Below, in pieces: positions 58,940 to 64,000 of a stretch of DNA of 64,000 bases. The position numbers were made by a program, and so were the translations under genes. The notes under the pieces are model-generated. The model was not told the DNA's origin and did not search any database. It worked only from the letters and a program-made list of their open reading frames with translations. The stretch is from Amoebidium appalachense (taxonomy: Eukaryota > Protista > Ichthyosporea), in NCBI GenBank assembly GCA_963693365.1, contig CAVNZM010000005.1, positions 6,823,888 to 6,887,887 of the forward strand, in the 5' to 3' direction. Position 1 is the first letter of the stretch, and every line of letters starts with the position of its first letter.

Positions 58940-60646
58940 ACGCCAAACTCCCACCACAGGCAGTTCAGCCACATGCCCACCATTCGATCATACCCTCAAT
59001 GACATGGGGTACTGGTTGGGTGGAGGCGTAGAGGGGGGGGGGGGGGGGGGGGGGGGGGGGAAGGGAGGGGCGGGACCTGCATAGTCAGACGCAACCCCTC
59101 CCCCCCCCCCCACACACACACCCTCTCCTCCCCTTTCCTGTGGGCCCCCCTCTGCCTTAACCTTCCTCCCTTCCCTCTGGGACCCACTCCCCCACCTCCC
59201 ACCCGCTTGCCCATGTACGAATAGCGTTAGCAAGTGCAGCCCGGGAGCCATGTGGGGGAGGAAGAGGGCCCATAAGACATAGTTGACATACTCCCCCCCC
59301 AAACTCCCCTCCGCCCCCGCCTACCCCCCCAGCCCCTTCCCCCACCCCCCCCAACTCCCTCTTAAAAAAAAGTGTTAGTAAGAACGAAATCTCCAGACCT
59401 CCCAAATCACCCACTCACGTATCCCCCACTCCCCCCCCCCCCCACCACCACCACCACAACCACCACCACCCTCCGCGCGTATCATGCTGCCGAGTGTCAG
59501 CTTGTTGTTACTATGTATAATATAAAGGGATTAGTCTAAAATTTTGGTAGGATGCATCTCTGTATGGTTTGCTCACTCAAATTTGAACAAGGTGCGAAAC
59601 ACGAGGTTTAACATTCCTATCATATAATATCAATTTTACGGTGGTTATAAAAAGTTGTTGGTTGTTGTTTGTGGTGGTGGTGACCGTAAGATTGGGTGGA
59701 GTGGGTTTGGAGGGGTTGAGGGCGGGTTGGGGGAGTTTGGGTTGGGAAATTGGGTTGGGGGAGGGGGTAGGAGGGTTGGGTGGGTTGTGTGTGGGTTGTG
59801 TGTGTGGGTGGGGGGGGGGGGGGGGGGGGGGATTTCGAGGAATAAACCAAGGAGAGAGTGAATCGATGCTGTGCCCTTCATTCACCACACTCCCTCATAG
59901 GCCCTTTACCGTAGCACATAAACGCACACACACACACAACACAGACACCAAAACACACGCGCGCCCGTGCCCGCGCACACACACACACACACACGCACAC
60001 AGCACAAACACCAACACACATGCGTTCCCCCACGCGCGCACACACACACACACACATACATACACACACACACACAAATACAGACACACAAATAGACCCC
60101 CCCCCCCCCCCCCCAGAAACACATACACACACACACGCGCGCGCGCGTGCGCGAGCGCGCCGTACTTTGACTCATGATACCACAATGGCACGTGAACACC
60201 CACATTCTTTGAAAAAAATTTATGTTCGCCTGCCGTTCAGGGCCAGGATTAGAGCCACGTGGCCTGTCCCGGTGCTGGTTTGGCAGCCGCAGAAGATTCT
60301 CATCATTCTAGAAGTCTGGCATCAGCCTAAATATAGGACAAGGGTCATACCTAATCATATGTTTGAAAACTACATGTGTGTGTGCGCATGTGCGGGTGTG
60401 TGTGTGTGTGTGTGTGTGTGTGCCAATCTAAGAAACAACAGGGTGAAGAAAAAAGGAACAGAGTTGGTCTCACACCTGAAGAAAGAAAGAAAAAGGCAAA
60501 TATGTGGCAAGGAACAAGAAATCAGATTTGTACAGATCTGTACAGACTACTAATATGCATTTCCGAACTGAAGATTTCATAAAACTAGAACATTGTCATC
60601 ATAATGATTCATAACTTGTTTCTATCCCAGCCATCGGGCAAAGCCT

Positions 60647-60784
60647 CGCATAGGTGGTGAATCTAATCGTGAATTTAAGTATCTAGACAACCATGAACCA
60701 AAACACAGAAAACCCGCATAGGTGGTGAATCTAATCGTGAATTTAAGTATCTAGACAACCATGAACCAAAACACAGAAAACCCG
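60647..60784. repeat. Perfect 68-bp tandem duplication in the 3' UTR of the lectin gene
   Basis: Copies start at 60647 and 60715. Confidence 0.92.
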
Positions 60785-60801
60785 TTTTAAGATTCTTAAA
60801 G

Positions 60802-63113
60802 TCACAGCTCCCAAATGTACGCCTGTGTAACATCCCCGGCCGCAGGCTGAAGAATTAAGTTGTCGCCGCTCATCCACGTCACCGTATGGTCGGCCGAAAT
60901 CTTCGCAAATTTGTACGGGAGGGGGGTCTGTGTTACATTTGCAATAGTAAGAATGAACAGGCTGGGGTTGTCGGGATGCCTCGTCATTGCGGGGGCGCGG
61001 AACGGATCCCACGCGCCCAAACTCTCCCTCCCACCAACCATCGCAATATAATCGGTGTCAGTTGCATGTGCGCATTCTAGGAGGATACTCGTTTTTCCGC
61101 CCGGAATAACATCATGAACCGTGTGGTTGTTGTGCGACTCCCCGTACGCGTGCTCCTGCGGCGCGTAACCCCCGGCGGAACGCGGGTGGTAGCTGGTATT
61201 TTGCGCGCGTGTTTGCGCATTGTTTGTGCCGGTGGCGGCGGTATTGGTGCTGGTGAACGATTTCTTTTCGTTAAGACCCGAAGCCATGTAGTTGAGTTTT
61301 TCTGCGTAGGCGCGGTCTTTAACGGACTGGAAGTATATCCCCACGGCGAGAAGAATCAGAAGGGTAAGACCAACCACCACGCCAATAGTGATTGCAACAA
61401 TCGTCCCAACGCTCAGACCGTCGTCGTAAATGGGTACCGGGCCGGCGTTGACGGGCTGGCCCGAAAAGCTCACGTCGGCATACGGGTCGGCTGGTTGAAG
61501 AGCCGTAATCGTAAACTGCTGCCCGTTAATCGTCGCGGTGCGCGTGACCGTTATGATGGGCACGGGGGGGGGTCCACCCGGGGTTTACCACGGTTGGGCG
61601 GGTGGTGGTAGTGTCTGCAGCGGCGTTCCACGGCTCGCTGGCGGGCACCTGTAATTGGCTGGTAGTCACGACTGCTGGGGGTGCGGACGGTTGGGATGCG
61701 GGACTGGAGGAAGATTGCGGTTGGAGTGCGGGGGGTGCCACGGACGGGGGGCCAGGGACGGGGGCGGGGACTCCGCCCGGGGTGCGCACGTCTGCCTTCA
61801 TGTTGGTGTTGGATGCGGACCCTTCCAGAGTGCGGCAGGAACCGGGGGGAAGATTGGCCGGCCTGTGTGGTGGTGAGGGGAGGGGGGGCGGGAGGAGGGG
61901 GAGGGGGGGAGGGGGGGAGGGGGGAAAAGAAAGGGGGTGAGGTTCGATGAGGTTGTTGCAGACTGAATAAAATGGCCGTGATGGTGAATGAATGGGGAAT
62001 GTGTGTGTCTGTGTGTGTTTTGGGGGGGAGAGGGGGGGGGGGGGGGGGGGGGGGATGGATACACTCGACATTACTAAGAGGTTGAACGGAGGGAAGGAAA
62101 AGAGAGCTAGGGATGGGGGGGGAGGGGGGGGGGGGGTTAGAGAGGGGGAGGGGGGCGGGGGAGGGGTTGATGATTTTAACACTGATATATTCTGTGAATC
62201 GTAGAGAGGCAACGAATGGGCACCGGAACATGAGGAGCAGGAGAGAGGGTGGAAGGGGGGGGTGGGGGAGTTGGGGAGGAGACGAGGGTGGGAGGGAGGG
62301 GATGGGGGGTGGTGGGGAGGGGGGAGAGGGAGGGTTGGAAGATTTTGAGTGTTAACTATATACTAAGTGAGAAGATTGGCTTTAGTCACAAGTGTTCTCC
62401 TTGTTTTTCCCTTACACTCCTTTCCTCCGCTATTTTCTCCCCCTCCCTTCCCTACTCCAAAACCGCAAACAAACATATTTTCGCAGTCCTAACACCATTC
62501 TTCGGTCCTTTCCCCCGCTTTCCCACCACAATTGACACACTTGCAAAAAATATATAAATATTGAAAGTTCGAGCAAATATGCCACTGTCTTGCTGTTGCC
62601 CATGGTAGCTCACCGAGCATGTGTGTACTCATGAATCAGCTTTGTGTAATGTTTTTACCTGTAGGCGCACAGCGCACCCTTCACATTCTTGCACTCCGCC
62701 ACGCACGAGTTGAGCCTTGAGTTAGCGAGTTGAGGCACGGCGCCGAACCCTGTCCCAGACGTTGCCCATATCTGCTCCGGTGCAAAAGGGTTGCACTGTA
62801 CAAGTGACACCGCAGACCCGTCCTCCACGCCCGCGCTCAAACAAAGGTAAGGGGAAGACCCTGTCACAACCAAACCAGTCGATGCAAGCTGCCAGAGCTG
62901 AGTGAAAGGGGTTGCCATTTCGCAAGGGCTAAACCTCACCTCGGATGGGGTGGTGGTGGTGCTCATGCACGAGCCTGTGTAGGCGTTTGTGATGCGGAAC
63001 ATGTTTGGGTAGAGGGATACCACATTGTTGTTGTTGTTGTTGGTGTTCTGTGCTTGTGTGCGTGAAGAAAGAAGCGCGAGGCTTGCGCCTCCGAGGATGG
63101 CTCGGGGTTTCAT
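60802..63113 (-). CDS. Type I membrane protein: signal peptide, ricin-B lectin, Pro/Ser/Thr stalk, TM, cytoplasmic CBM20 (~504 aa; one apparent 1-nt frameshift)
   Basis: Exon 63113-62659 joins 61862-60802 in phase 2. C...C..QLW and C...C..QIW repeats; TM VGTIVAITIGVVVGLTLLILLAVGIYF; VGGRESLGAWDP, YKF and VTWMSGDN. Continuity needs one fewer base in the G9 run at 61564-61572. Confidence 0.8.
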
Positions 63114-63469
63114 GGTTATGTGTGTTTGCGTGTGCTAGAGCACGGTAAGGTTTGATGGGTGTGGTTTTGCTTTGCTGTGTGTGCCTGCTTTTTAGTGTTT
63201 GGGCCTGAAACTGTGCTAGCTTGTTTGTGTGCTCGTTGGTATGACTATCTCGACGACTCAATGAGAGGCCTTTAGTAAACAACGTTCTCTAAAAGGACAG
63301 CGCCATGTAGCCTATCCTTAGAGAAGCAGGTGTGTCTGCTGGAATGAAGCGTGTGCCAAGTAAAATGCATACGTGTGGACTTGACTCCACGGACAAAGTG
63401 AACTGGAATAGAGGCATGCGCACAGTGTAAGCCTGCCAAAGGACTGAGTGCGTAAACAAACAGAAACGT

Positions 63470-63572
63470 GCTGATTGGTCAAATGTGGGAGGCATAAGCC
63501 TTATGTGATTGGTCAAATGTGCTTGATTGTGCTTTCATTGGCTCACTAAATATCTGTTAAATGATTGGTGAA
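63470..63572 (-). promoter_or_regulatory. CCAAT-box cluster upstream of the lectin-CBM20 gene
   Basis: Four ATTGG motifs in ~100 bp, 350-450 bp upstream of the ATG; function inferred. Confidence 0.35.
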
Positions 63573-64000
63573 TTATAACCAATTGCTGCGGGCAAAGAGT
63601 CACCCTAAACTCGAATGCATCGTCACGCACACGTGTCGGACCTGTCGGTGAACATGCACGGGTGGCCATGCTAATACCATCTTCAAAGTGTCACAAGTGT
63701 GCCGAATAAGGAATAATTCAGATTAAGTATTGTTTTTCCTGTTTTCGTTTATATAGTTTTGTTTTCATTTTATTTTACAATGATCATTACATCACAATAC
63801 ATTGAGGAGCTTCCCTTTTGCTGGAATTTGACTAGGGAGACCGTCAAACCCTATCAACTGTTGACTTGGCCAGTACCTATACTAGTGGGCGCCAAAGTGG
63901 GTACCTGTACCTACCACTGCAATACTGATGGATGAACATGAACGAATTTTCTGGATGAAACAATCACGGAAAAACATTAAACTATAATAATTGAGACCGT

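Overview
Eukaryotic, intron-rich genomic DNA saturated with (CA/TG)n and poly-C/G microsatellites; most ORF-track entries are repeat read-through, not genes. A tyrosine-kinase-type receptor beside a fungal-type GPAT suggests a unicellular holozoan such as an ichthyosporean (inference only). By hand-splicing GT-AG introns I reconstructed three host genes: (1) an 11-exon SCT1/GPT2-type glycerol-3-phosphate acyltransferase (- strand); (2) a 16-exon, ~1500-aa receptor with signal peptide, Pro/Ser/Thr stalk, very long left-handed beta-helix (hexapeptide) ectodomain, TM helix and a tyrosine-kinase domain with degenerate catalytic motifs; (3) a type I membrane protein with an extracellular ricin-B lectin and a cytoplasmic CBM20. 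Mobile DNA includes a young RT-deleted Ty1/copia element, two decayed LINEs of one family sharing a conserved 3' module, an endogenous Polinton-like virus fragment (pPolB plus VLTF3-like) and a probable CACTA transposase remnant. All domain calls come from motif recognition by eye; no database search was run.
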